DNA of 25,443 bases. Origin: Chitinivibrionales bacterium (GTDB taxonomy: Bacteria > Fibrobacterota > Chitinivibrionia > Chitinivibrionales > WJKA01). The stretch is taken from positions 1 through 25,443 of the forward strand of contig JBBRUX010000051.1 of the NCBI GenBank assembly GCA_038247415.1. Reading direction: 5' to 3'. The notes beneath the pieces are model-generated. The model saw nothing but the letters and a program-made list of their open reading frames with translations. It was not told the origin of the DNA and did not search any database. Below, in pieces: positions 1 to 8,912 of the stretch. The stretch's first letter is position 1; each line of letters opens with the position of its first letter. The position numbers were made by a program, and so were the translations under genes.

Positions 1-159
1 CTTGAATTCTTGCGAGACAAAACTCGCATTGAGCTTCTTAATCGACGTAAAATCAAGGTCTTTCACGAATTGTTCTTCTACAAACGAGGTGAGTAAGTCT
101 TCGACAACCGAAGGATTGCTGAAGAGAGTTTTGTACCAAGTATCGTGAATTTTGACCAT
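1..159 (-). CDS. Rpn-family (YhgA-like/Transposase_31) recombination-promoting nuclease, N-terminal 53 aa; runs off the window edge
   Basis: Not in the ORF track. Manual translation from ATG at 159: MVKIHDTWYKTLFSNPSVVEDLLTSFVEEQFVKDLDFTSIKKLNASFVSQEFK, matching the Rpn N-terminal pattern HD..(Y/F)K.LFS.P..V.DLL..F......LDF..L....SFVS. Confidence 0.85.
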   Translation of the reverse strand, partial: MVKIHDTWYKTLFSNPSVVEDLLTSFVEEQFVKDLDFTSIKKLNASFVSQEFK

Positions 160-165
160 GAAATG

Positions 166-195
166 AAAATACAACAAACGGAAAGGAAATAGCAA
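166..195 (-). promoter_or_regulatory. Putative sigma70 promoter for rpn, possibly producing a leaderless mRNA
   Basis: Minus strand: TTGCTA (195-190), 18 nt spacer, TATTTT (171-166), 6 nt, then ATG (159). No SD sequence is present. Confidence 0.4.
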
Positions 196-311
196 AACAG
201 ATGTATTTATCAAATGCGTCGTGTATTTTTGAATCCCTGCGGAATAATAATCAAATGGCGCAGACAACCTGGATAGAACGTCAAAGCCGATTTACGGTAT
301 GATTCTTGGCC

Positions 312-329
312 ACAAAGCCGCACAGCGGC
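312..329 (-). terminator. Weak possible intrinsic terminator
   Basis: Minus-strand GCCGC-TGT-GCGGC hairpin followed by TTTGT, just after the stop of the upstream gene remnant at 337. Confidence 0.25.
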
Positions 330-336
330 GCATTCT

Positions 337-489
337 TCACACATATTCTTTATGGTAAACTTCAACAAATTTATTTTCATTGTGCGATTCATCTCTACAT
401 TCATCGATCATTCGTTGCCATTTTTTCCCGAGAGGGTGCTGAGCAAACCATGAACTTTTGTGATTGAAAACTGTCTCTTTTAATTTAAT
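337..489 (-). pseudogene. Start-less C-terminal fragment of an unidentified protein
   Basis: Frame is open from 528 to 337 with no start codon in its 5' part. It reads IKLKETVFNHKSSWFAQHPLGKKWQRMIDECRDESHNENKFVEVYHKEYV*, begins where the ankyrin similarity ends, and is in a different frame from the ankyrin ORF. Confidence 0.35.
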
Positions 490-634
490 AAAAACAAAGA
501 GGATTTTGACTTTGATTGTTCTTGCAGTTTACATTGGCGCCCTCGGATAATGCTTTTTTGATATCAGCAACTATGCCAACAAGTGATGCCGATAATAGGT
601 CTTCTTCCACTGATTTTACTGAATTACTGTTCAC
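485..634 (-). pseudogene. Truncated ankyrin-repeat protein (49 aa)
   Basis: GTG start overlaps the rsmB stop (GTGA). Translation MNSNSVKSVEEDLLSASLVGIVADIKKALSEGANVNCKNNQSQNPLCFY* fits the ankyrin consensus L..A...G....v..lL..GAnVN.kn..g.tPL and stops at the start of a second repeat. Confidence 0.65.
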
Positions 635-1950
635 TTCTTCCTCAGTCTCGCAGCAAAAATCCCATCCCAGCTATGATCATGTGGGGTGATGCGTAAAAAA
701 CCACGGCTATCGGTGTACTTAAGCGGGATTGCATCGGGGGCGGGTTCTAACACGAAGTCAGGGTTGTTTTCGATAAATGAGTATACTACTTCTTCGTTTT
801 CTTCCTTTTCTAAAGAACACGTTGAGTAAATAAGAATACCTTTGCTGACAACAAGTTTTCCTGCCTCGTTAAGAATTGCTTTTTGAGTTTTGACAAGGGA
901 TACAAGATCAGATTCGCTTTTGTGCCAGCGCCCATCGGGATGCCGATGCAGCACCCCACTTCCGCTGCAGGGTGCATCGCAGAGAACCTTGTCGAAGAGC
1001 CCTCGATAGCATCCATGCGCACCATCGGCAGCAACAAGCAGAATGTTTCGGATTGCAAGCATTTCGTAATTTTCACGAACCGATTTTAATCGACCAGATT
1101 TAAGGTCTGCTGCAACAACGCGACCTGTGTCGCCGGCTAATTCGGCAGCTAAAACTGATTTGCCTCCTGGCGCACTGCACATGTCAAGGATGCGATCGTT
1201 AGTTTTAATATCGAGCATGGCAACAACAAATCCCGAAGAGGGGCTTTGGATATTGCACATGCCATCAGACAAAAGCGAAAGCTCATCGACGGGTACTGGC
1301 TGTAAAAGCTTATAGTAAAGATTTTGAAATCCCACGGGCATATCACACAAGGGATGCGCAGCCGATTCGAATTGTTGGCGGGAAATACCGCGCAATCGGC
1401 GTCTTAAAAAAATATCGGGCTTTTGATTATTGAATTCGAGCAGCTTTTTTGTTTTAGACATGCCAAAGCTCACGAGCCATCTGCGAATCATCCAGACTGG
1501 ATGAGAAAATTCGATCGAAAGTCTTGTTGCGATGTCGGTGGAGGTGGGGCGGGGGAGTTTTGCGGCGTTTTTGATGATATTGCGCAATAATGCATTAACC
1601 AGTCCGCTTTGATATTTTGTTTCTTGGTTTTTTTTGGCTTCGTCAACTGCTTCATTAACAGATGCGTACCCTGGTACTTTATCAAGAAATAGAATTTGAT
1701 AAGCACCCATGCGCAGAATCCGACGAAGTTGTGGTGCAATGGTTGACCCGTCGCCTTTAAGAAAGTGATCGATGATAAAATCGAGGTAGAGCTGCTGGCG
1801 GAGCATGCCATAGGTTATTTCGTAGAGAAATCGACGATCACGATGATCGATACGGCTATTTTTAATTTCCCGATCAATTAAGATATCAATGTTGCCATCG
1901 CCTTCTTCAAATCGGGTGATTACACGCAAGATGCCCATACGGATGTTCAT
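631..1950 (-). CDS. rsmB: 16S rRNA m5C967 methyltransferase RsmB/Sun
   Basis: NusB-like N-terminal domain (LRMGAYQILFLDKVPGYASVNEAV), SAM motif DMCSAPGGKS, DAPCSGSG and YSTCS. Coupled to fmt by an ATGA overlap. Confidence 0.95.
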   Translation of the reverse strand: MNIRMGILRVITRFEEGDGNIDILIDREIKNSRIDHRDRRFLYEITYGMLRQQLYLDFIIDHFLKGDGSTIAPQLRRILRMGAYQILFLDKVPGYASVNEAVDEAKKNQETKYQSGLVNALLRNIIKNAAKLPRPTSTDIATRLSIEFSHPVWMIRRWLVSFGMSKTKKLLEFNNQKPDIFLRRRLRGISRQQFESAAHPLCDMPVGFQNLYYKLLQPVPVDELSLLSDGMCNIQSPSSGFVVAMLDIKTNDRILDMCSAPGGKSVLAAELAGDTGRVVAADLKSGRLKSVRENYEMLAIRNILLVAADGAHGCYRGLFDKVLCDAPCSGSGVLHRHPDGRWHKSESDLVSLVKTQKAILNEAGKLVVSKGILIYSTCSLEKEENEEVVYSFIENNPDFVLEPAPDAIPLKYTDSRGFLRITPHDHSWDGIFAARLRKK

Positions 1951-2876
1951 GACAGAAGTATCCCTTTTGTTAATTTAGCCCCGCGCAGAAAATCTCCTGC
2001 GCTCATACTTTTTTTCCCCTCAGGTTTTACCTGGGTAATTTCCAGGGTGCCTCTTTCGCAGGCTACAAAAAATGAGGATGGTGTTACGTTTACAATACTC
2101 CCGGGAAGATCGGCCGATTCGGATTCATGGGGGATAGCCCATTCGATTCCCAACCTGCGGTTATTTAAAAGTGAATAGCATCCCGGGAAAGGTTTAAAGG
2201 CCCTGATACAATTGAATAGAGTGCGCGCTGAAGTGTTCCAGGCAATATGAGCTTCTTCTTTTAATAGCTTTTTTGCCGGCGTTGCACCAGAGCTATCTTG
2301 AAATGTAAAGATTGCGGTATCATTTTCAACCAGGCGCATTGCAGGCACAATGTTTTGGGCACCAAGAAGTGCAAGCCGTTCTGCGCATTGGGGTGTTGTT
2401 TCTGTTGGCACAATATCTGTGTGGGCAGTGCAAAGAATTTCTCCTGTGTCAATGCCCTTGTCAATGCGAAAAATGGTGATGCCTGTTTTGGTGTCACCCG
2501 CCTGCAAAGCTCGGTGAATGGGTGCAGCGCCTCTATAGCGGGGTAGAATGGATGCATGCACGTTATAGGTACCACGTTTTGGAATAGTAAAAATTGCTTC
2601 GGGCAAAATGCGGTATGCAATTACAATAAACACATCTGCCTGTAATGCAGCTAATTTTTCTGGGAGGTCGGTATCCTGAGGTGTTGCGGGAGTTAGAATT
2701 GGGGAGAACTTGTGTGCTTCTGCATAATCGTAGATGGGTGATGTGATGAGTTTCTGACCTCTTCCCGCTGGTTTGGGCGGTGTCGTAACAATCCCTACAA
2801 TTGTATGGCTGGCAGCTTGGAGAGCTTCTAAAGAGGGTATACCAAATTCTTGGGAGCCAAAAAAAACAATACGCAT
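1947..2876 (-). CDS. fmt: Methionyl-tRNA formyltransferase
   Basis: MRIVFFGS, PPKPAGRGQKL, NVHASILPRYRGAAPI, IDTG; canonical fmt-rsmB adjacency. Confidence 0.97.
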   Translation of the reverse strand: MRIVFFGSQEFGIPSLEALQAASHTIVGIVTTPPKPAGRGQKLITSPIYDYAEAHKFSPILTPATPQDTDLPEKLAALQADVFIVIAYRILPEAIFTIPKRGTYNVHASILPRYRGAAPIHRALQAGDTKTGITIFRIDKGIDTGEILCTAHTDIVPTETTPQCAERLALLGAQNIVPAMRLVENDTAIFTFQDSSGATPAKKLLKEEAHIAWNTSARTLFNCIRAFKPFPGCYSLLNNRRLGIEWAIPHESESADLPGSIVNVTPSSFFVACERGTLEITQVKPEGKKSMSAGDFLRGAKLTKGILLS

Positions 2877-2882
2877 GCGTGT

Positions 2883-3923
2883 TTATAAACCGATTGACGC
2901 TGAGAGTAAAAAACCTGGATCAAATCCCGCAACACGGGTTTGTAATGCAGCATCTAATCTGAGAGGATGATTATTGATTGAAGTCTTTACGCCTAGTCCT
3001 GGCGTTACTAGTGAGTAATTGGATTTTGCATACGACTCGTTGGGTGAGCCCGATAAATTATTAAGGCCTTCGGCAATGTCTTGAGTGTCGAAGTTAAGGC
3101 CAATGCGTAATGCAATCAGTTGATCTGCAATGCTTATTTCCAAGCCAGTTCGTATTTGTAAATAAGCATCTGAGGATTTAACCAGGTCTGCTGCAAACCG
3201 AAGATTGGGCGAAAATCCAGGTACTACCGAAAGGCCAATGGTAGCGGTAAGCGGAAGAGAAGGTTTAAGTCCAGCTGCATAATAATCGGAGAGCAGAAAT
3301 CCTGCATTTAGTAAAGAAAGCCCTGCTATAAAGCGGGTGTCTGATGTCCGATATTGGGCACCGCCGTCGATCGTGAGTGCCTTTGCAGAAGTAACCGAAG
3401 ATTCATTAGATATCCTTCCGTATAAGGCATTTACGGATGCACCTATTGCAAAGCCTTGTGAAACGATGATTCCATAGGTTGCAGATCCTCGAAGAGATGA
3501 TTGACCCCATGTTTCGCCGGTTGGAAGATTGTTTTCGTCAACACCATCGAGCGTGCCAAAAGAGAGGTAGTGTATGGTTAATGCACTGACCCCTTTTGTC
3601 TCTTTTTTGAGAAGCGCAAGGGGGACACCAAAACTTCCAAAAGTACCTTTTAGATCAGCCAAAATGGGAACATAGCCAAAAGCGACAGATGGTTTTGTCA
3701 TAAATCCGAGCGCTGCTGGATTGGAAGGTATTGTTTGTAAATCCCCGGGAAGCGCTACCGAGGCATCTCCAAGTGCGTAGCTTCGGGCGTCGAAGGATGT
3801 AGAAAGGAGATCGGAAAATGCGGTTGAGCCAGCACGCGGATGAACCGTGAGCGCTGATACGCTCAGTGCTCCAAAAAGTGCCCAGAGGAAAATACGGTGC
3901 AGTGAAATACTTACTAGTGGCAT
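2883..3923 (-). CDS. PorV/PorQ-family outer-membrane beta-barrel (T9SS shuttle-like)
   Basis: Start moved to the ATG at 3923 (MPLVSISLHRIFLWALFGALSVSA signal peptide), overlapping the upstream stop. Contains ARSYALGDASVA...SNPAALG, alternating beta-strand patterns, DGGAQY, NAG and LPLTATIG. Confidence 0.75.
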   Translation of the reverse strand: MPLVSISLHRIFLWALFGALSVSALTVHPRAGSTAFSDLLSTSFDARSYALGDASVALPGDLQTIPSNPAALGFMTKPSVAFGYVPILADLKGTFGSFGVPLALLKKETKGVSALTIHYLSFGTLDGVDENNLPTGETWGQSSLRGSATYGIIVSQGFAIGASVNALYGRISNESSVTSAKALTIDGGAQYRTSDTRFIAGLSLLNAGFLLSDYYAAGLKPSLPLTATIGLSVVPGFSPNLRFAADLVKSSDAYLQIRTGLEISIADQLIALRIGLNFDTQDIAEGLNNLSGSPNESYAKSNYSLVTPGLGVKTSINNHPLRLDAALQTRVAGFDPGFLLSASIGL

Positions 3924-4552
3924 ACTCTTTTTACAATCTTGATGCGAAAGAGCTCGCGTTTTTTCGAAGATAGCGCGATCTTTCTGGGATAATGATCCTT
4001 GAACTTTGAAAATACTAAATGCCATGGAGTAGTTCCTTTCCAATCATAAGACCAGTATGCCAAAGTATGCTCATGCGAGCTGTAGACCATATTCAAATTA
4101 GCCGACAAATCTTTTGCAGTCGTTGATCCTTTTGGGTAAGGATGCACTCCAATCGAATCGCCCACTAGAATACGAACAAAATCGCCAAATGTGAAAGGAA
4201 ATTGTAGAGAAAGTTCGGGAATAGCACACAGGGCAAAACGGGGGTAGGTGCGATGGTTATCTCCCTGATCAATATATACAGAGTCTGCGGTTGCTCGGAT
4301 AGAGGCAATGGGTATTCCAAGCGGGCCTGTGAGGTCGATGGTGGTTGCCAGAGATGTAGTGGTGGCGAATAGGGTTGCAACGAGTGGGCCATCGACTGAT
4401 TGAATTCTTATAACGCCGCTAATGCTGCAGTTTCCACTCGACGCGGGCACAATTGATTGGTTGATGGTATGCGAGCATTTAAAAAGCAAGCAAGCTAAAC
4501 CAAGCGAAATCCAATACCTGCCAGATCTCAAGACTTTTAAGGCGTTGTACAT
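3914..4552 (-). CDS. LolB/DUF4292-like putative lipoprotein
   Basis: Hydrophobic leader ending LACLLFKC. Motif IDLTGPLGIPIASIRATADSVYI resembles LolB. Lies directly downstream of a large TPR gene. Confidence 0.55.
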   Translation of the reverse strand: MYNALKVLRSGRYWISLGLACLLFKCSHTINQSIVPASSGNCSISGVIRIQSVDGPLVATLFATTTSLATTIDLTGPLGIPIASIRATADSVYIDQGDNHRTYPRFALCAIPELSLQFPFTFGDFVRILVGDSIGVHPYPKGSTTAKDLSANLNMVYSSHEHTLAYWSYDWKGTTPWHLVFSKFKDHYPRKIALSSKKRELFRIKIVKRVCH

Positions 4553-6252
4553 GGTGGGGTTAGTTGCTTTAGTTTTAAAACGAGTTTGTCGGCATGTTCA
4601 GGTTTCATAGATAAGGATTTTTTATATGCAGCGCATGCTTCGGAATGCTTTCCACTTTTAGCAAGTATATCGCCCAGATGTTCATATACAATTGGGTCGT
4701 CATGAATATCCTGCAAAGCCTTTTTAATGGTTGCTAGCGCCAGCGGCAAATCGCCCTTTTTAAAAAGAATCCATGCGTACGAATCGAGGAATGCCCCGTT
4801 GGTTGAATCGAGATCCACTGCTCGTTTCAATAGGATTCTCGCTGAATCGAGGCAGGTGTCTTGTTCTGCCCACATATAACCAAGATAATTGAGTATTGAT
4901 GGTTCGTCAGGAGAAATGGCCAACGCCTTTTTAAATGATAGGGAAGCATTGCGTATATCTCCAGAACGTTCGAAGGTGCTTCCAATATCAAAAAAGATCT
5001 CCGAAGAAACGCTATCAAGAGAAAGTGCTTTTTGTAAAGCCTTGAGCGCAGCGGGATATTCTTTGCGGACATTGTAAAGAGAGCCTTGTATTTGCCAGAG
5101 TTCTGCATTTAAACTATCTGATGCTAAAAATCGATTTGTCAGGCGGGATGCCTCCTCGTAATTTTTATCGCGCAGCGAAAGACGTATAAGATTTTTCTTG
5201 GCTTCTGTTGATTGAGGGTCGAGGGCGATTACTTTCTCATATTCTAGAGCCGCAAGCATTTTATTCCCATGTGCAGATGCAATCATACCGCGATACATAT
5301 GAAGATCGGGGTCTTCGATTGCCTGCGGTAGCAATTTGTCTATCAGATCGGCTGCCAGTGCGTAATTATTGATGTAATAGTAAAGCAATGCAAGCGTTTT
5401 ACCGTATGTTAAGCCATTGGTGTCAATGCTCATGAGTTTTTCGTAGAGAGGTATGGCAGTAGCGTATTCGTGGCGTGATAGAGCAAAGAGAGCGGTGCCG
5501 CGAAGCGCCTCCGTGTTGAGTGAATCGACAAGAAGTGCGGTGGCGTAGCTTGTTTTTGCGGCTGCAGTATCTCCTTTAGAAAGATACACCGACCCCAGCG
5601 CAGCCATGATATCGGCATTGTCTTGTGTGCGGGACCAAAGGTCTATATAGAGCGACTCTGCTGCATTAAAGCGATTGTTATTTCGCAGGAGCTGCCCAAG
5701 ACGGAGAGCGAATGCAATGTTGTCGGGTTTTGCTGCGCTATAGGCAAGATATTCGGTAATAGCTTTTTCGAAGTTGTTTTTTGATTCGTAAATGAGTCCG
5801 GTTGTAAATATATCGTCGGGGCTTTTTTTCTGGATCGATTGGAGTGCCGTTAGTGCCGATTCGTGATCTCCCATACGGATGTAAATTTTTGCAGCAATCG
5901 ATTTATCTGCATCGGTCAACGATGCAAGGGGCTTGTCGTTTTTAATCAGGAGTAGCGCTTGTGTTGTTCGATTAGAATTGAGGTACAGACGAATAAGAAT
6001 ATCGCGCAGCACCTTGGATGATGAGTTCAGGTCGTATGCACGTCGATAATAGTCTTCGGCCCTTTTAATGTCATGTGCGTTTTCGGCAGCGCGTGCAGCA
6101 AGAAAAAATTGATCTGCACGAATGCCTCTAATAAATTCGAGTGTTTGAGGATCCTGCTTGGGGAGTGGCGGACGGATAGTTTTATAAGGCACGCATCCGC
6201 CCAAGACCGAAACCATGAAGAGGATGATGCCAAACACTCTACGACGACGCAA
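4537..6252 (-). CDS. Large TPR-repeat lipoprotein
   Basis: Many TPR units, with C-terminal LNYLGYMWAE...AVDLDSTNGAFLDSYAWILFKKG...YEHLGDIL. A TTG start at 6252 gives MRRRRVFGIILFMVSVLGG-C (lipobox). The ORF is open to 6348, so the start is uncertain. Confidence 0.85.
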   Translation of the reverse strand: MRRRRVFGIILFMVSVLGGCVPYKTIRPPLPKQDPQTLEFIRGIRADQFFLAARAAENAHDIKRAEDYYRRAYDLNSSSKVLRDILIRLYLNSNRTTQALLLIKNDKPLASLTDADKSIAAKIYIRMGDHESALTALQSIQKKSPDDIFTTGLIYESKNNFEKAITEYLAYSAAKPDNIAFALRLGQLLRNNNRFNAAESLYIDLWSRTQDNADIMAALGSVYLSKGDTAAAKTSYATALLVDSLNTEALRGTALFALSRHEYATAIPLYEKLMSIDTNGLTYGKTLALLYYYINNYALAADLIDKLLPQAIEDPDLHMYRGMIASAHGNKMLAALEYEKVIALDPQSTEAKKNLIRLSLRDKNYEEASRLTNRFLASDSLNAELWQIQGSLYNVRKEYPAALKALQKALSLDSVSSEIFFDIGSTFERSGDIRNASLSFKKALAISPDEPSILNYLGYMWAEQDTCLDSARILLKRAVDLDSTNGAFLDSYAWILFKKGDLPLALATIKKALQDIHDDPIVYEHLGDILAKSGKHSEACAAYKKSLSMKPEHADKLVLKLKQLTPPCTTP

Positions 6253-6358
6253 GTATGACTGAGACGAAATACTCGTGTGCCACTTTTTATAGTTGACAAA
6301 AAAAGTACCTGAATTCTCTGGTGCGGGGTATCGGTTGGTAGTAAGCATAGGTGGTCGG

Positions 6359-7135
6359 TTAATTTCCCGCTGCTACAATGAGGTCTACTTTTCCGCCGAA
6401 TAGTACCGTGGATCCTGGGGCGACGGATTGTGAAATAACCGATCCCGCCGACGCAGATTGATTCTTTTGCGTTTTTATCGAACCAAGGGTAAGGCCTGCA
6501 TCTTCTATTTGTTTTTGCGCAGAAGAGAGTATGTCGCCGATAACATTGGGCATTTGGGTGGATGTTGGCTCTGCACCCTTAGAGACCGTGATGTCAACGG
6601 GTACTTCGCGTGACGTTGTTGATCCCGATGGTGGCGCAAGGGTGATAATCATATCTTTAACAACTTCATCCGAGAATTTATAGGTTACTTTTCCTATATC
6701 AAATCCAGTTCTTAAAATTTCTCGACGAGCTTGATATTCGTTCATATCGTTGACAGTTGGTACTGCACATACTTCTGATCCTTTAGAAACGACAATCATG
6801 ACACCTCGTCGTTCGCGGGTATCGATTTGTTCGTCTGCCAACGGCGTTTGGGAAATTATCGCATCTTTTTTGAGTTTATCGCTATACTCTCGACCTTGGA
6901 TATTGGCGCGTAAACCCGCTTTGTACAAAACCTGCCTTGCTTCTTCGAGCGAAAGTGAGGTAACCTTGGGCACTGTTACAATCCCTTTGTCAACATTTAC
7001 AATGCGCGGCAAAATAATGCGATCTACAATAAAAATTGCGCACACAGCACTAATACAGCATAATAATGCTCCAAGAGGAAGGTATCGCTTCCAAAATGTC
7101 TCAACCGGTATGCTAATCGTATAATTTTTTTTCAT
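6359..7135 (-). CDS. Membrane-anchored protein with three PASTA domains and no kinase domain
   Basis: N-terminal TM helix, then repeats VTVPKVTSLSLEEARQVL, CAVPTVNDMNEYQARREI and QMPNVIGDILSSAQKQI, the first two closing with V(V/T)SKG. Start taken at MKKNY (7135). Confidence 0.88.
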   Translation of the reverse strand: MKKNYTISIPVETFWKRYLPLGALLCCISAVCAIFIVDRIILPRIVNVDKGIVTVPKVTSLSLEEARQVLYKAGLRANIQGREYSDKLKKDAIISQTPLADEQIDTRERRGVMIVVSKGSEVCAVPTVNDMNEYQARREILRTGFDIGKVTYKFSDEVVKDMIITLAPPSGSTTSREVPVDITVSKGAEPTSTQMPNVIGDILSSAQKQIEDAGLTLGSIKTQKNQSASAGSVISQSVAPGSTVLFGGKVDLIVAAGN

Positions 7136-7796
7136 CCAGAATGACCAGTCTCTTTCTGTCGATAGTGATATAACGTTTTTTAACAAGTTGCGAAATGATT
7201 CTGCTCACTGTTTCGCGGGTGGTACCCGACATATCGGCAATTTCCTGATGCGTAGGCCTTGATGGTATTAGAATCATATTGCCAACACGCTTCCCTTTTT
7301 CTTTCCCCAGCGTTAAGAGCACATCGGCAACGCGTCCATACACGCTCATGAGCGAGAGGGTGGTGATATGACGGTTTGATTTTCGCAGACGCTTAGAAAG
7401 TTCGATAAGCATTTGGATTGCAATTTGGGGATATGATTCCAGCGTGGCTAAAAAGTCGCGTCGGTAGAGAATGAGAAGCGTACATGCTTTTGCAGCTATA
7501 ACTGAGGCACTACGGGGTTCCCCGTCTAAAAGGGCCATCTCACCAAAAAAGTCACCTTTGATAAGAGATGCAAGAACTGTTTGCTTGCCTTCTGATGTGT
7601 AAATAACTACATTGACTGACCCGGATACTATGATAAATATGCTCTGGTTTTTGTCGTCATTTTCAAAGACGATTGTCTCGTCTTGGTTAAATGGACGCAA
7701 AATCATGCTTTTTGCAATCGCGCTGCGTTCGTCAAGAGGTAGCCCTGAAAAGAGGGGTACTTTTTCGATAAAAAGTTCGATTTCTGCAATATCCAT
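7113..7796 (-). CDS. Crp/Fnr-family transcriptional regulator (cNMP-binding)
   Basis: GDFFGEMALLDGEPRSASV phosphate-binding cassette; HTH THQEIADMSGTTRETVSRII; no Fnr-type Cys cluster. TAATG overlap with the upstream gene. Confidence 0.93.
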   Translation of the reverse strand: MDIAEIELFIEKVPLFSGLPLDERSAIAKSMILRPFNQDETIVFENDDKNQSIFIIVSGSVNVVIYTSEGKQTVLASLIKGDFFGEMALLDGEPRSASVIAAKACTLLILYRRDFLATLESYPQIAIQMLIELSKRLRKSNRHITTLSLMSVYGRVADVLLTLGKEKGKRVGNMILIPSRPTHQEIADMSGTTRETVSRIISQLVKKRYITIDRKRLVILDEKKLYD

Positions 7797-8893
7797 TAGT
7801 GTCCCTTTTTCGAAAAGAGCGTGTCGTTGAGTCGTGTGAATGCCTGGTTACCAAAACTGCCGGTTCTATCATCGATATCGAGTGTTTTTTGATACCAGTA
7901 TCGTGCCGAATCGAGTTTCCCCATTGTCTCAAAGAGTCTGCCTAATTCAAGATACGCAGTTTTTCCGTAGAACGCAACATCCCAATACGTTGTTGCCAAA
8001 ATGTGCAGCTCAACGAGAGCCTGCATTCCACGGCTAAGCCGTTTGTAAGACATTGCAAGCCAATAATGAATTTCTGCTTGTTCAGCATGCTGTGCATAGG
8101 ATAAGGCATTGATAAAAACAGGAATCGCCTTCTCATAGTATGCACTTTGAAAATAAGAGAAACCAAGGGGCACCCACAATGATATTCCTTTTTTTTCTTT
8201 AATGCAATCGTGAACGGGAATTAAAAATTCAAGGAGACTTGAGATTAAAGCCCATTCTCCACAAGCACTCGCGCGCGGGGTAAGTTTTTCTAAGCAGTCA
8301 AAACGAACGACAGGGGAGTATGTTGTATCATAAATTATAGAGATAAGCATTTTTTTTTGAATATCGGAACAGGGTGATTCGCTCTCTAAGCCAAGGCATA
8401 TCCGTTGTATTGTGTCTTTAAAAGGGGAAATGGTTGGGATAAGGGCTAAATCGGTATTTGAATAGGCAAAGCGCTTTGCTAAAGACTGTGTATCGTGGGA
8501 GCGTGTTGCAGAGAGTATTGCAAGCAATGGAAGGTATTTTGATGAAGGATATTTCCGAAAAAATTCAGCAATGCGGCCCTGTGAGCCACTATGGTTATGT
8601 AAAGTAAAAAAAATAAGGTTTTTGTGCAAATCCATTTCTGCACAAAATGATTCGGTTGATCCATGAGACTTAATATATGCACCAATTGCACTTTGTCGAA
8701 TTGAATCGTTATCGCAATAGAGTGCTAATAGTGCGGCGCTTTGTTGGTTTGAGATCGAATCGCTGCGAGGGGGATTAGATGCCCTGCACGGGGAACGCTT
8801 TTCATCTTGAGCAGCTAAGTGTCCCACAAAAAGCACTACTAAAAATAATGCTCCAAGCCTCGCTGGTCGAGTTTGGAGATTGTGTAACACCAT
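7796..8893 (-). CDS. Exported protein with C-terminal TPR repeats
   Basis: Signal peptide (LGALFLVVLFVGHLAA-Q). TPR units LGFSYFQSAYYEKA, IHYWLAMSYKRL and AYLELGRLFETMGKLDSARYWYQK. Confidence 0.75.
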   Translation of the reverse strand: MVLHNLQTRPARLGALFLVVLFVGHLAAQDEKRSPCRASNPPRSDSISNQQSAALLALYCDNDSIRQSAIGAYIKSHGSTESFCAEMDLHKNLIFFTLHNHSGSQGRIAEFFRKYPSSKYLPLLAILSATRSHDTQSLAKRFAYSNTDLALIPTISPFKDTIQRICLGLESESPCSDIQKKMLISIIYDTTYSPVVRFDCLEKLTPRASACGEWALISSLLEFLIPVHDCIKEKKGISLWVPLGFSYFQSAYYEKAIPVFINALSYAQHAEQAEIHYWLAMSYKRLSRGMQALVELHILATTYWDVAFYGKTAYLELGRLFETMGKLDSARYWYQKTLDIDDRTGSFGNQAFTRLNDTLFSKKGH

Positions 8894-8912
8894 CGTTATC
8901 GAACAGTTACGA

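Noticed and set aside
201..302. 33-aa plus-strand ORF (MYLSNASC...) with AAGGA upstream
   Set aside because: SD spacing is long and there is no similarity or other support.
210..404. 64-aa minus-strand ORF from the track
   Set aside because: No recognisable motifs or SD; it overlaps a more protein-like remnant in another frame.
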